A DNA stretch of 64,000 nt from a bacterium GBS-1 (GTDB taxonomy: Bacteria > Synergistota > GBS-1). Both the position numbers and the translations under genes were made by a program. The DNA lies in NCBI GenBank assembly GCA_001443005.1, contig LEKQ01000005.1, positions 64,809 through 128,808 on the forward strand, read 5' to 3'. The notes beneath the pieces were generated by a model, which saw only the letters and a program-made list of their open reading frames with translations, ran no database searches and was not told the origin of the DNA. Below are positions 18,440-28,523 of this stretch, one piece after another. The stretch's first letter is position 1. Each line of letters begins with the position of its first letter.

Positions 18440-19417
18440 GTGAACTGTGATGTTAATGTGAGACCTGAAGATGTGGTTAAGGCTTATAAGCTCTTGAGGG
18501 GTAGGGTTTTAATGACTCCCCTTGAAAGAAGCGAAGTTTTAAGCGAGCTTTGTGGGGGGAACGTCTTCTTAAAGCTCGAGAATCTTCAGCTTTGCAGGAG
18601 CTTTAAGATCAGAGGCGCCATGAATATTATGCTTAATCTAAAGGGTGAGTTTGAAGGGAAAGGAGTCGTAACCTGCTCAAGCGGGAATCACGCTCAGGGT
18701 GTAGCCATAGCCTCAAGAGAGCTTGGAATAAGGAGCATTATAGTTGTTCCGAAGGATTGCCCTGAAACTAAGAAGGAGGCCATAAGACTTTTTGGGAAAG
18801 GGTGGATAGAGCTTGTCGAACACGGTTACGGTTATGATTCCGCCTTCAAAGAGGCCGAAAGGATATCAAGGGAGAACAATCTTCCCTTTATACCTCCGGG
18901 AGAGCATAGGCTCGTTATGGCTGGTGCCGGTACCGTGGGGTATGAGATAGTTAATCAAAATCCTGATATAGATGCTATTCTTGTTCCAGCTGGTTCAGGT
19001 GGTCTCATTCTGGGTATAGCCACCATAGTTAAGTCGATTAAGCCCAGGGTAGAGATAATAGGTATTCAGAGTGAGGCATCTCCGCCATGGTATTTCTCTT
19101 GGCAGGCTGGAAGGCTCGTCGAGGTGGAGTATAAGCCCAGTCTCTCTGAGGGGACCTGGGGTAGCATAAAGGAGTGCATGTTTAACCTTGCTAAGGATAG
19201 GGTCGATAGCTTCCTGTTGGTTAAAGAGGAGGATATTAAAGAAGCGATAGCCTTTGCCCTAAGAAAGCTCCACCTCGTAGTTGAGGGGGCTGGTGCTTTA
19301 GGTATAGCCGCTTTGCTCTCTAAGAGGTTTAACGCCGAAGGTAGGAACGTAGTGGTAGTTGTAAGCGGAGGAAACATAGATGTTGGTGTGCTTAAATCTG
19401 TGCTGAACTCATATTAA
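18440..19417 (+). CDS. threonine dehydratase / threonine ammonia-lyase (PLP-dependent, fold type II)
   Basis: SFKIRGA and SSGNHAQGVA PLP-binding motifs. Probable start is GTG at 18440 with an AAGGGGGTGG RBS. The longest ORF begins at 18407. Confidence 0.8.
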   Translation: MNCDVNVRPEDVVKAYKLLRGRVLMTPLERSEVLSELCGGNVFLKLENLQLCRSFKIRGAMNIMLNLKGEFEGKGVVTCSSGNHAQGVAIASRELGIRSIIVVPKDCPETKKEAIRLFGKGWIELVEHGYGYDSAFKEAERISRENNLPFIPPGEHRLVMAGAGTVGYEIVNQNPDIDAILVPAGSGGLILGIATIVKSIKPRVEIIGIQSEASPPWYFSWQAGRLVEVEYKPSLSEGTWGSIKECMFNLAKDRVDSFLLVKEEDIKEAIAFALRKLHLVVEGAGALGIAALLSKRFNAEGRNVVVVVSGGNIDVGVLKSVLNSY

Positions 19418-19452
19418 TGGAGGAGATCCTTTCTGGTGTAAGGAGTGATCGT

Positions 19453-20610
19453 ATGTCTAGTCTTTTGGGTTTCCCCATTAAGAAGGTTGGTGTTATCGGT
19501 GGTGGGCAGTTGGGCAAGATGTTGGCTCAAAAAGCTAAGCAGATGGGGTTTTACATCATATCTCTTGATCCCAATCCAGAATGTCCCGCGAGCTCGGTTT
19601 CCGATGAGTTGATAGTGGGTGATTTCTATGATCCAGAGAAGCTGAGAGAGCTCGCTGAAAAAAGCGATGTTATAACCTATGAGATAGAACATATAAACGT
19701 AGAGGTGTTGAAGGAGCTTCACGAAGCAGGGCATGAGATCTATCCTTCCCCTTACTGTCTCGAGGTGATTCAAGATAAGCTTAAGCAGAAGGAGCTTTTT
19801 AGAAGAGCTGGCTTACCCGTCCCCAGATTTAAGAGGGTCTTAAGCTTCGATCCCTCCTTTTTCGAAGATTTTGGATTTCCCTGCGTTCAGAAGGCATCTA
19901 AGGGAGGGTATGATGGTAGGGGAGTTGTGGTCTTAAGGGACAGGAGCGATCTAGCTAAGGTGCTTAAGGTCGATTCTTTCGTCGAGGAGTTGGTTAATAT
20001 TAAAAAGGAGTTGGCGGTTATGGTTGCGAGGGGTAGGAAGGGGGAGGTCGTGAGCTATCCTGTTGTTGAGATGATCTTTGAACCTTCAGCAAACATTCTT
20101 GATCTTCTAATTGCGCCTGCTAGAATCGATGAAAGGATAGCTAATAGGGCTAAAGAGATAGCCATACGCGTGGTTGAGGTGTTGGATGGCGTTGGAGTGT
20201 TTGGTGTGGAGCTTTTCCTAACGGAGGATGGGGAGATCTTTATAAATGAAGTTGCCCCTAGGCCTCATAACTCTGGACATTACACCATAGAGGCTTGCTT
20301 AACCAGTCAATTTGAACAACACTTGAGGGCGATATGTGGTTTTCCCCTGGGATCTACAAGGCAGATTTTGCCGGCCGTAATGGTTAACCTCTTAGGAGAG
20401 GGAGATCGCAGGGGTAAGCCGCTTATAGAGGGATTAGCTGAGGCTTTGGCTATAGAGGGGGTTTCTTTTCATTTCTACGGTAAGAAGGTAACTATTCCTT
20501 TCAGAAAGATGGGGCATGTTACTATAATCGATGATGATTTGGATAGAGCTATAGGGAAGGCAAGAAAGGTTAAGGATCTGCTTAAGATAAGGGCGAAGGA
20601 GGAGTCGTGA
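19453..20610 (+). CDS. purK: 5-(carboxyamino)imidazole ribonucleotide synthase
   Basis: ATP-grasp fold with [13 protein letters not shown] at the N-terminus. Probable start is ATG at 19453 with an AAGGAGTG RBS. The longest ORF begins at 19417. Confidence 0.9.
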   Translation: MSSLLGFPIKKVGVIGGGQLGKMLAQKAKQMGFYIISLDPNPECPASSVSDELIVGDFYDPEKLRELAEKSDVITYEIEHINVEVLKELHEAGHEIYPSPYCLEVIQDKLKQKELFRRAGLPVPRFKRVLSFDPSFFEDFGFPCVQKASKGGYDGRGVVVLRDRSDLAKVLKVDSFVEELVNIKKELAVMVARGRKGEVVSYPVVEMIFEPSANILDLLIAPARIDERIANRAKEIAIRVVEVLDGVGVFGVELFLTEDGEIFINEVAPRPHNSGHYTIEACLTSQFEQHLRAICGFPLGSTRQILPAVMVNLLGEGDRRGKPLIEGLAEALAIEGVSFHFYGKKVTIPFRKMGHVTIIDDDLDRAIGKARKVKDLLKIRAKEES

Positions 20611-20611
20611 T

Positions 20612-21133
20612 ATGGGGAAGCCTCTTGTGGGGATCATAATGGGGAGCGATTCTGATCTCCCCGTCATGAAGGATGCTGCGGAGGTACTAAAGGATTTTGG
20701 GGTGGATTATGAGATAACCATAGTTTCAGCTCATAGGACTCCGGATAGAATGTTTGAATACGCGAAGGAGGCAGCGTCGAGGGGGATAGAGGTTATAATC
20801 GCTGGCGCAGGCGGTGCTGCTCATCTTCCGGGAATGGTAGCTTCTATATCTCATCTGCCGGTCATAGGCGTTCCCATAAAGACGTCTTCATTAAATGGGT
20901 TGGATTCCCTTCTCTCGATAGTTCAGATGCCTTCGGGGGTTCCAGTTGCGACCGTGGCGATAAATAACGCTAAGAACGCTGGGATCTTAGCAGCTCAGAT
21001 CCTCGGAATAAAGTATCCTGAAATTAGAGAGAGGGTTATTCAGTTTAAGGAGAGGCTTAAAAGTGAGGTGGAAAAGAAGGCTAAAGCGTTAGAAAGCGTT
21101 GGATATGATGAGTACCTAAAGGGGATTCGTTGA
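20612..21133 (+). CDS. purE: 5-(carboxyamino)imidazole ribonucleotide mutase
   Basis: [15 protein letters not shown] and [13 protein letters not shown] PurE motifs. Confidence 0.9.
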   Translation: MGKPLVGIIMGSDSDLPVMKDAAEVLKDFGVDYEITIVSAHRTPDRMFEYAKEAASRGIEVIIAGAGGAAHLPGMVASISHLPVIGVPIKTSSLNGLDSLLSIVQMPSGVPVATVAINNAKNAGILAAQILGIKYPEIRERVIQFKERLKSEVEKKAKALESVGYDEYLKGIR

Positions 21134-21137
21134 GCTC

Positions 21138-21166
21138 TTGACAGGGCTCGGCTTTTGTGTAAAATA
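21138..21166 (+). promoter_or_regulatory. sigma-A-like promoter upstream of cysE (-35 TTGACA, -10 TAAAAT)
   Basis: TTGACA at 21138-21143 and gTGTAAAAT about 16 nt downstream. Confidence 0.4.
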
Positions 21167-21203
21167 AAGTTTAATCGAAATCTGAAGAGGATATAGGGGG
21201 TGT

Positions 21204-21869
21204 TTGATCTATGGGGTGCGTAGCTTTATCGAAACCATAAGAGCTGATTTTAGAGCTATTAGGGAGAGAGACCCTGCCCTCCCTGATGGTCCCCTCGGTT
21301 TTTTTGAGGCCCTCCTCTGTTATCCTGGCTTTCACGCTGTGTTCTGCCACAGGTTCATTCATATCCTTCACGCTAAGTTAAGAATACCTTTGATCCCTCG
21401 ACTTCTATCTCATATTGTTCGCTTTCTCACAGGAGTAGAGATTCATCCTGGCGCTAAGATCGGTAAGGGTTTCTTCATCGATCATGGTATGGGTGTGGTG
21501 ATAGGAGAGACGGCCCAGATAGGGGATAACGTTACCCTTTATCATGGGGTGACCCTCGGTGGAACGAGTTGGAAGAAGGGTAAGAGACATCCTACGGTTG
21601 AGGATGATGTCGTTATAGGTGCAGGAGCTAAGATACTGGGGAACATCACTATAGGGAGAGGGTCTCGCATAGGTGCGGGAAGCGTCGTTTTGAAGGATGT
21701 CCCACCAGGAAGCACCGTCGTTGGCGTTCCCGGTGTGGTGGTTAAGGTGGGGGATGAAAAGGTTAGGCTTCAGGAGGGAGGGGTCACGAGCTTAGCCTGG
21801 AGGGTTGAGGAGCTTGAAAGGAGAGTGGCCCATCTTGAGAGCCTTCTTTTAAGGGCAGAGGAGAGGTGA
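21204..21869 (+). CDS. cysE: serine O-acetyltransferase
   Basis: Hexapeptide-repeat left-handed beta-helix with [29 protein letters not shown], the CysE signature. Confidence 0.9.
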   Translation: MIYGVRSFIETIRADFRAIRERDPALPDGPLGFFEALLCYPGFHAVFCHRFIHILHAKLRIPLIPRLLSHIVRFLTGVEIHPGAKIGKGFFIDHGMGVVIGETAQIGDNVTLYHGVTLGGTSWKKGKRHPTVEDDVVIGAGAKILGNITIGRGSRIGAGSVVLKDVPPGSTVVGVPGVVVKVGDEKVRLQEGGVTSLAWRVEELERRVAHLESLLLRAEER

Positions 21870-21875
21870 TGGAGC

Positions 21876-22772
21876 TTGGTGTCTCTCTTCGAGATTGTGG
21901 GAAATACCCCATTGGTTAAGCTGCGCTATTTTTCCGGAAGGGTTAACATTTACGCTAAGCTTGAGGGGAATAACCCAGGCGGTAGCGTTAAGGATCGACC
22001 TGCGCTTTTCATGTTCATCGATGCCTTAAGGCGAGGTGTTATAGGTGATAAGAAGGGGATAGTGGAGCCCACATCCGGCAATACCGGCATAGCCTTATCC
22101 ATGCTTTGTGCCTACTATGGTATACCCTGCATTCTTGTCATGCCCGATAACATGAGCATTGAAAGGAGAAGGCTCCTTCATCTTTACGGTGCGGAGATAG
22201 TTTTAACACCCTCTGAGGAGGGAATGAGGGGAGCCATTGAGGAAGCTAAGAGGATCAGCTTGGAAAGAGGCTATTTCATGCCGGATCAGTTCTCTAACTA
22301 TGAGAACGTCAGGGCTCATCTTTTAACCACTGGTCCTGAGATAATAAAACAGATGGGCTTTAGGAAGATAGATGCTTTCGTTGCTGGTGTGGGAACGGGG
22401 GGAACCATAACGGGCGTTGGTAAAGCCTTAAAGTCCTTTGATCCTTATATCAAGGTCATAGGCGTTGAACCGGCTTCCTCAAGCGTACTTTCCGGGGGCA
22501 AACCCGGTCCCCATAGGATTCAGGGTATAGGTGCCGGCTTTACACCGCCAATTTTGGATAAGAGTGTGATCGATAGCTTTTTAGCGGTGGAGGATGAGGA
22601 GGCCTTGGAGATGATGCAGCTTCTTGCATGTAAGGAGGGTATTTCCGCCGGCATATCCTCAGGTGCTGCCTTAAGCGCCTGTCTTAAGGTAGCTGAGACC
22701 CTTCCTTCGGAGGCAAACGTGGTTACCATCTTTCCAGATAGAGCCGATAAGTATCTCTCGGTTTTGGGATAA
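21876..22772 (+). CDS. cysK: cysteine synthase (O-acetylserine sulfhydrylase)
   Basis: GNTPLVKL together with PLP-lysine GSVKDRPA and TSGNTGIALS. Confidence 0.9.
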   Translation: MVSLFEIVGNTPLVKLRYFSGRVNIYAKLEGNNPGGSVKDRPALFMFIDALRRGVIGDKKGIVEPTSGNTGIALSMLCAYYGIPCILVMPDNMSIERRRLLHLYGAEIVLTPSEEGMRGAIEEAKRISLERGYFMPDQFSNYENVRAHLLTTGPEIIKQMGFRKIDAFVAGVGTGGTITGVGKALKSFDPYIKVIGVEPASSSVLSGGKPGPHRIQGIGAGFTPPILDKSVIDSFLAVEDEEALEMMQLLACKEGISAGISSGAALSACLKVAETLPSEANVVTIFPDRADKYLSVLG

Positions 22773-22777
22773 TGCTT

Positions 22778-22802
22778 GGACGGGCTTTCTATAGGCCCGT
22801 CC
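22778..22802 (+). terminator. GC-rich hairpin GGACGGGC(9 nt)GCCCGTCC after cysK, with no U-tract
   Basis: Read directly from the sequence. It is weak as an intrinsic terminator. Confidence 0.3.
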
Positions 22803-22823
22803 CAAAACTAAACCTGTGAGTGA

Positions 22824-22852
22824 TTGACAGATAGCAGAATTAAGTTTATAAT
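22824..22852 (+). promoter_or_regulatory. consensus sigma-A promoter (TTGACA, 17-nt spacer, TATAAT) for ylxM-ffh-rpsP
   Basis: TTGACA at 22824-22829 and TATAAT at 22847-22852. Both hexamers are exact consensus and the spacing is optimal. Confidence 0.55.
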
Positions 22853-22895
22853 TTAGAGCGCCCTGTAAAGCGATTTTAGTTAACAGAGGTGAAAG

Positions 22896-23258
22896 ATGGA
22901 GCGCTTCTTCGTTTGCTTGCTTATAGACTTTTATGGGGGGCTTTTAACCCAAAATCAAAGAAGGATAGTGAAACTTTACTATGAGGATGACCTTTCCCTT
23001 GGTGAAATAGCAGATAAGCTTGGTATAACCAGGCAGGCGGTGTATTATACACTGAAGAGGGCCCTAAGGAGACTTAAGGGTATCGAGGGGCAACTGGGGC
23101 TTGTGGAAAGGTTCTTGATGTATAGAAGGTCCTTTGATGGCATTATTAAGGAGCTTAAGTCTTTGAGGGATAGCTTATCGGTTGATGATAGAGGAAAGCT
23201 TGAAAGAGTTATTAAGAAGATAGATGAGCTTATAGAACGGGGTGGTTTGGTTGTTTGA
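22896..23258 (+). CDS. ylxM: YlxM/p13-like putative DNA-binding protein (UPF0122), upstream of ffh
   Basis: LIDFYGGLLTQNQRRIVKLYYEDDLSLGEIADKLGITRQAV is the YlxM signature. The position before ffh is conserved. Confidence 0.8.
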   Translation: MERFFVCLLIDFYGGLLTQNQRRIVKLYYEDDLSLGEIADKLGITRQAVYYTLKRALRRLKGIEGQLGLVERFLMYRRSFDGIIKELKSLRDSLSVDDRGKLERVIKKIDELIERGGLVV

Positions 23259-24567
23259 GCGGTTGAGGGAAAGGTTTGAGGGTATTTTGTCCCTCTTGAG
23301 GAGAAAGGGAAAGCTTTCGGAGGAGGATGTTGATAACGCCTTAAGGCAGATAAGGCTCGCTCTGCTTGAGGCTGACGTTCACTATAAGGTCGTTAAGGAT
23401 TTGCTGTCTAAGGTTAGGGAGAAGGCTCTAAAGGAGGAAGTCCTATCGAGCATAAGCCCAGCTGATCAGGTTTTGAAGATCCTCTATGAGGAGTTAGTAG
23501 GGGTAATGAAAGGGGGAGCTCCACGGCTGAGTTCCTCGTCGGAACCGCCCTCCCTTTATATGCTTGTTGGGCTTCAGGGCTCTGGTAAGACGACGACTGC
23601 CGTTAAGCTGGCTAAGCTTCTCAAAAAGGATGGTAAGAGGGTGGTTTTGGTTGCAGCTGACGTTAAGAGGCCTGCGGCTAAGGAGCAGCTTGAGACCCTA
23701 TCGAAGCCCCTTGATTTTCAGGTCGTGGGAGGGAAAACCCCCTTTGATGCGGTTTCCTCTGGTATAAGGCTGGCTAAGGAGAGACTTTGTGAAGCGATTA
23801 TAGTGGACTCAGCGGGAAGGCTTCACATAGATGAGGAGATGCTTTCTGAGCTAAGGGAGCTTGAGAAGCAATTTAACTTTCAGGAGATCCTTCTTGTGGT
23901 TGACTCGATGATGGGGCAAGAGGCCCTCAAGGTTGGGAGCGCTTTCGCTGAAGCTGTGAACCTTACAGGGGTCATATTGACGAAGCTAGATGGAGATGCA
24001 AGGGGTGGCGCCGCTTTGTCCATGAGCTATGTTCTTGGGAAGCCCATAAGATTCGTCGGTGTGGGTGAAAGAATCGACGATTTGGAGCCCTTCTACCCTG
24101 ATAGGATAGTTTCCAGAATACTGGGTATGGGTGATGTGGCCACGCTCGTTGAGAGGATATCTTCGGTCGTTGAGGAAAAGAAGGCCAAGGAGATAGGGAA
24201 GAAGCTGAAGAAGGCGGAGTTCACGATGGAGGACCTTTTGGAATATCTAAGGCAGATGAAAAGCATGGGGCCCTTAGATCAGCTTTTAGATATGATACCT
24301 GGCTTTTCCAAGCTCAAGAGAAGGTTCGGAGAGGTTAACGTGGATGAGAGAAACCTAAAGCACATAGAAGCCATAATACTCTCCATGACGCCTGAGGAAA
24401 GGAGAAGGCCGGAGATAATAAAGGGGAGCAGGAAGCGGAGAATAGCTATGGGGAGCGGTACGTCAGTTCAGCTCGTTAACCAGGTTTTGAAGCAGTATGA
24501 AGAGGTAAAGGAGATGCTGAAGAAGTTCTCCAAAGGCGGTGGAAAGATAAAGCTGCCGTTTGTTTAA
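23251..24567 (+). CDS. ffh: signal recognition particle protein
   Basis: The GTPase motifs GLQGSGKTTT and DSAGR and the M-domain are present. Probable start is TTG at 23251, which gives the canonical MFERL N-terminus. The longest ORF begins at 23242. Confidence 0.95.
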   Translation: MFERLRERFEGILSLLRRKGKLSEEDVDNALRQIRLALLEADVHYKVVKDLLSKVREKALKEEVLSSISPADQVLKILYEELVGVMKGGAPRLSSSSEPPSLYMLVGLQGSGKTTTAVKLAKLLKKDGKRVVLVAADVKRPAAKEQLETLSKPLDFQVVGGKTPFDAVSSGIRLAKERLCEAIIVDSAGRLHIDEEMLSELRELEKQFNFQEILLVVDSMMGQEALKVGSAFAEAVNLTGVILTKLDGDARGGAALSMSYVLGKPIRFVGVGERIDDLEPFYPDRIVSRILGMGDVATLVERISSVVEEKKAKEIGKKLKKAEFTMEDLLEYLRQMKSMGPLDQLLDMIPGFSKLKRRFGEVNVDERNLKHIEAIILSMTPEERRRPEIIKGSRKRRIAMGSGTSVQLVNQVLKQYEEVKEMLKKFSKGGGKIKLPFV

Positions 24568-24595
24568 ATCTTTTAATTTTAGGAGGTGTTCTTGA

Positions 24596-24934
24596 GTGGT
24601 TAGGATTCGCCTCACGAGGATGGGCGCTAAGAAGAAGCCCTTTTATCGGTTGGTTGTAGCTGATGCTAAAGCTCCGCGTGATGGGAGGTTCATTGAGGTA
24701 CTCGGATATTATAATCCTCTTACAGAGCCGCCGGTCATAAAGGTCAATGAGGAGAGGGCTTTGCTCTGGCTTGAGAGGGGGGCTCAGCCCTCGGATACGG
24801 CGAAGAGCATCCTTTCGAGGGTTGGAGTATGGGAGAAGTTCTGTCAGGCTAAGGAGGCTCGCAAGAAGGCGAAGGTCTCTGGAGGTGTCGTAAGTGAAGG
24901 ATCTGGTAAGCTTTCTGGTGAAGTCTCTAGTTGA
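24596..24934 (+). CDS. rpsP: 30S ribosomal protein S16
   Basis: [41 protein letters not shown]. Confidence 0.95.
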   Translation: MVRIRLTRMGAKKKPFYRLVVADAKAPRDGRFIEVLGYYNPLTEPPVIKVNEERALLWLERGAQPSDTAKSILSRVGVWEKFCQAKEARKKAKVSGGVVSEGSGKLSGEVSS

Positions 24935-25133
24935 CCATCCCGAAGAGGTTGAAGTGATGGCTTTGGAGGGAAGGAAGTCGGTGCTTGTTGAAGTTTCAGT
25001 TAAGAAGGATGATATGGGCAAGGTTATAGGTAGGAAGGGGAGGTTGATTAAGGCCATAAGGGAGCTCTCTCGGGCTGCTGGCATAAAGAGCAGAAAGAAG
25101 GTTATAGTGGAGCTCCTTCCTTTAGAGGAATGA
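24894..25133 (+). CDS. KH-domain RNA-binding protein (YlqC/UPF0109 family)
   Basis: 79 aa. The KH motif is [15 protein letters not shown]. The position between rpsP and rimM is conserved. Confidence 0.8.
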   Translation: MKDLVSFLVKSLVDHPEEVEVMALEGRKSVLVEVSVKKDDMGKVIGRKGRLIKAIRELSRAAGIKSRKKVIVELLPLEE

Positions 25134-25645
25134 GAAGGGCCAAGCTTATTTCTGTTGGGAAAGTTGTTGGGGCTCATGGAATAAAGGGGGTAGTGAAGGT
25201 TCTATCCCTCACCGACTTCCCCGAGAGGTTCAGGGAGAGAAAACGACTTGTGTTTTATGGTGAGGGGGATAGCGTCGTTTTTGAGGGTGACCTGGAAGAT
25301 CTCTGGATGGAGGGAAATCTCCTCTTCATTAAGATTAAGGGGTGTGAAACAAGAGACATGGCAGAGAGCCTCATCGGTTCGACTATAAAAATTAAGGAGG
25401 AGGAGCTTAAGCCGCTGGGTGAAGGGGAGTTTTACTTCCACCAGATAATAGGGCTTAGGGTTTATACCGATAATGGGATCTATCTGGGTAAGATTGTAGA
25501 TATAATAAGGACCGGAGCTAACGATGTCTTTTGCGTTAAGGGTAAGAGGGAGTATATGATTCCAGCTCTCAAGAAGGTGGTTAAAGAGGTAGATCTTAAA
25601 AGGGGAGTAATGGTTATAGTTCCTATAGAGGGATTGCTAGAATGA
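25130..25645 (+). CDS. rimM: 16S rRNA processing protein RimM
   Basis: GKVVGAHGIKGVVKV N-terminal domain plus a PRC barrel C-terminus. Confidence 0.9.
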   Translation: MRRAKLISVGKVVGAHGIKGVVKVLSLTDFPERFRERKRLVFYGEGDSVVFEGDLEDLWMEGNLLFIKIKGCETRDMAESLIGSTIKIKEEELKPLGEGEFYFHQIIGLRVYTDNGIYLGKIVDIIRTGANDVFCVKGKREYMIPALKKVVKEVDLKRGVMVIVPIEGLLE

Positions 25646-26886
25646 GGTTTGACATAGTTACCCTTTTCCCTGAGATGTTTGAGAGCTTCACAAACTGTAG
25701 CATATTGAAGAGAGCGATAAATAAGGGGTTGATAGAGGTTCACTTTCACAATCCGAGGGAGTTTGCGACGGACAAGCATAGGACGGTGGATGACTACCCT
25801 TATGGTGGAGGAGGGGGGATGCTCCTTAGGGTTGAGCCCTTTTGGAGGGCTATAAAGAGCGTTCCCGGGAATCCCTACCGGATTCTCCTTTCTCCTCAGG
25901 GCAGATTGTTTAATCAGGATGTGGCGAAGGAGCTCGTTAAAAGGGGGCATATCCTTCTTATCTGCGGGCACTACGAGGGAATAGATGAGAGGATAACCGA
26001 GCTTGTGGATGAGGAGATATCCATAGGCGATTACGTTTTAACTGGTGGAGAGCTGCCGGCCATGGTTTTAGTGGATGCTGTAACGAGGCTTATCCCGGGA
26101 GCTTTAGGCTGTGAGGATTCGCCTAAGAGGGACTCCTTTTACGATGGCATATTGGACTTTCCTCACTATACTAAGCCTCGGGAGTTTGAGGGGCTTAAGG
26201 TTCCCGAGGTTCTCTTATCCGGGAATCATGAGGAGGTTGAGAGGTGGCGTAGGAGGGAGGCTTTAAGGAGGACCTTTCAAAGGAGGCCCGAGCTCGTAGA
26301 TAAGATATCCCTAAGGAAGTACATGGAGAAGGGGACCTACGTTGGCTTGGTTCATTACCCAGTATATAATCAGCACAGAGAGATTATAACTACGACTGTC
26401 GCTAACCTTGATATTCACGATATATCGAGATGCTGTAGGACCTATGGCGTTAAAGTCTTCTACATAATAACGCCTATAGAGGCGCAAAGGGAAACCGTTA
26501 AGCGTATAGTCAGACACTGGACCGAAGGGGTTGGGTCGAAGCTAAATCCCGATAGAAGGGAGGCCCTTGAGAGGGTGAAAGTCTCTCCTTCGGTTGAGGA
26601 GACGGTTAGAAGGATAGAGGAAAGGGAGAAGGCGGAGCCCATAGTTATAGCTACGAGCGCTAGGCCATCTTCCAAGATGATATCCTTCCGCGATCTTAAG
26701 TGGAGGATCTTGCTTGAGGAAAGGCCTCTTCTTCTCCTGTTTGGTACTGGCTGGGGGCTTACGGAGGAGGTTAAAAGCTGGTCCGACGGACTGCTTGAGC
26801 CTATAGAGTGGAAGGGAGATTATAATCATCTCTCTGTTAGGGCAGCTGTTGCGATAATTTTGGATAGACTCTTTAGAAGCGTGTAA
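25642..26886 (+). CDS. trmD: tRNA (guanine37-N1)-methyltransferase TrmD fused to a C-terminal SPOUT-like putative RNA methyltransferase domain
   Basis: The N-terminal ~245 aa is canonical TrmD ([13 protein letters not shown]..., [28 protein letters not shown]). The C-terminal ~170 aa has a [14 protein letters not shown] motif and a knot-like [10 protein letters not shown] ... [17 protein letters not shown] segment. Confidence 0.85.
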   Translation: MRFDIVTLFPEMFESFTNCSILKRAINKGLIEVHFHNPREFATDKHRTVDDYPYGGGGGMLLRVEPFWRAIKSVPGNPYRILLSPQGRLFNQDVAKELVKRGHILLICGHYEGIDERITELVDEEISIGDYVLTGGELPAMVLVDAVTRLIPGALGCEDSPKRDSFYDGILDFPHYTKPREFEGLKVPEVLLSGNHEEVERWRRREALRRTFQRRPELVDKISLRKYMEKGTYVGLVHYPVYNQHREIITTTVANLDIHDISRCCRTYGVKVFYIITPIEAQRETVKRIVRHWTEGVGSKLNPDRREALERVKVSPSVEETVRRIEEREKAEPIVIATSARPSSKMISFRDLKWRILLEERPLLLLFGTGWGLTEEVKSWSDGLLEPIEWKGDYNHLSVRAAVAIILDRLFRSV

Positions 26887-26903
26887 GGAGGTGTTTTTCA
26901 GTC

Positions 26904-27251
26904 ATGGATCCCATAGTGAGGGAGATAGAAAAGGAGTTTATGAAAGCCGATATTCCTGATTTTAGGCCTGGTGATACCGTTAGGGTTCACCTTAAGGTTG
27001 AGGAGGGAGGAAAGGAAAGGATTCAGGTCTTCGAGGGGACGGTTATCGCTCGCTCTGGAGGAGGATTGAGGGAGACCTTCACGGTTAGGAAGATCTCCGG
27101 TGGTGTGGGTGTGGAGAGGATATTTCCGTTACACTCTCCCGCCATAGAGAAGATAGAGGTGGTCAAGAAGGGAAGGGCAAGGAGGGCTAAGCTCTATTAC
27201 CTGAGGGAGAGGGTTGGTAAGTCCGCGCGCCTTAAGGAAAGAAGGAGCTAA
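26904..27251 (+). CDS. rplS: 50S ribosomal protein L19
   Basis: [30 protein letters not shown]. Confidence 0.95.
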   Translation: MDPIVREIEKEFMKADIPDFRPGDTVRVHLKVEEGGKERIQVFEGTVIARSGGGLRETFTVRKISGGVGVERIFPLHSPAIEKIEVVKKGRARRAKLYYLRERVGKSARLKERRS

Positions 27252-27261
27252 GGCTAAATAG

Positions 27262-27783
27262 GTGAAGGAGATGAGTAAAAAGTCGGCCTGGCGTGAGATC
27301 GTAGAGACAATCGTAATCGCCGTTGTTTTAGCTTTATTGATAAGGGCTTTCGTGGTTGAAGCTTTCTATATACCTTCATCCTCTATGGTTCCAACCCTTG
27401 AACCGGGTGATAGAATTTTGGTGCTGAAGTTCTACTATCACTTTACCGATCCTAAAATTGGGGATATAGTTGTGTTTAGGTTTCCTCTAGACCCATCTAA
27501 GGACCTTATAAAGAGAATAGTGGCTGTTGGAGGGGATGTGGTTAGGATCGAAGGTGGCTACCTCTACGTTAACGGAAAGAGGGTCGAGGAACCCTATGTG
27601 GCTAACAGGGACTTTTACAACATGCCTCCAATTACGGTTCCGAAGGGGTTTTACTTCGTCCTTGGGGATAATAGGCCTAACAGCGAGGATAGTAGATTTT
27701 GGGGGTTCCTACCCAGGGGTAACATAAAGGGTAAGGCTGTAGTTAGATATTGGCCCCCTTCGAGGATTGGGCTGGTTGAATGA
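27262..27783 (+). CDS. lepB: signal peptidase I
   Basis: SSSMVPTL (catalytic Ser), KRIVAVGGD (catalytic Lys) and GDNRPNSEDSRFWG boxes. Confidence 0.9.
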   Translation: MKEMSKKSAWREIVETIVIAVVLALLIRAFVVEAFYIPSSSMVPTLEPGDRILVLKFYYHFTDPKIGDIVVFRFPLDPSKDLIKRIVAVGGDVVRIEGGYLYVNGKRVEEPYVANRDFYNMPPITVPKGFYFVLGDNRPNSEDSRFWGFLPRGNIKGKAVVRYWPPSRIGLVE

Positions 27784-28523
27784 GGCGGAGGAGCTGGTAT
27801 CCGGGCCACATAGCTAAGGGGAGAGAGCTTATTAAGGAGGCTTTAAGGTACGCTAACCTCGTACTCGTGGTTCTGGATGCACGTGCTCCTCTTTCTACCT
27901 TTCCTCCATGGGAATCGCCTAAGGGTAAGGAGTTCTGGAGAGTCTTAAATAAGGCTGACCTGGCGGATGAGGAAGCTACCTCTAAATGGTTGAGCTACTT
28001 TGGGGAGAAGTCGATCGCTGTAAACTCGAAAACGGGCGAAGGAGTCGATGGGATTTTAAGAAGATTGAGGGAGCTTTCCTCGCCCAAGGTTATGGTTATA
28101 GGAATTCCCAATGTGGGCAAGTCCTCCTTGATAAACAGGCTTTTGGGTAGGAGGAGGGCTCAGGTTGGGGCAGTCCCCGGAGTGACCAGAGGAGGGATAT
28201 GGTTTAAGGAGTCATGGGGATTGCTGTTTGATACGCCTGGCATCCTTGAGCCTAAGCTGACGGAGGAGAGTAAGCTTATACTCTCTTGGCTTGGTTGCTT
28301 GAGGGAGGATGTACTGTGGGAGAGCTTGGTTACGCCTGCCCTATATCTTATCGAGAGGCTTTCTCTTTCCCTATCTCTTGAGGAGTTAGCCAGAAGGAGG
28401 GGGTTTTTAAAGAGGGGAGGGGAACCAGATCTTGAGAAGGCTGCATCAACCTTGCTTAGGGATTTCAGGGATGGAAGATTGGGAAGATGGACGCTTGAGC
28501 TCCCTCCTTGTAGCGGGAGTTGA
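27780..28523 (+). CDS. rbgA: ribosome biogenesis GTPase A (YlqF/RbgA)
   Basis: WYPGHIAK N-terminus and circularly permuted GTPase motifs (NKADL ... GIPNVGKSSLINRL). Confidence 0.9.
   Translation: MRRRSWYPGHIAKGRELIKEALRYANLVLVVLDARAPLSTFPPWESPKGKEFWRVLNKADLADEEATSKWLSYFGEKSIAVNSKTGEGVDGILRRLRELSSPKVMVIGIPNVGKSSLINRLLGRRRAQVGAVPGVTRGGIWFKESWGLLFDTPGILEPKLTEESKLILSWLGCLREDVLWESLVTPALYLIERLSLSLSLEELARRRGFLKRGGEPDLEKAASTLLRDFRDGRLGRWTLELPPCSGS

Noticed and set aside
21133-21204. T-box or S-box leader upstream of cysE
   Set aside because: The intergenic region is only about 70 nt. That is too short for a T-box (about 250 nt) or a SAM riboswitch, and no specifier or antiterminator elements are present.
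24476-25177. 233-aa minus-strand ORF spanning ffh, rpsP and the KH-protein gene
   Set aside because: It is antisense to three highly conserved genes. The product is low-complexity S/L/P-rich, with no RBS or start context.
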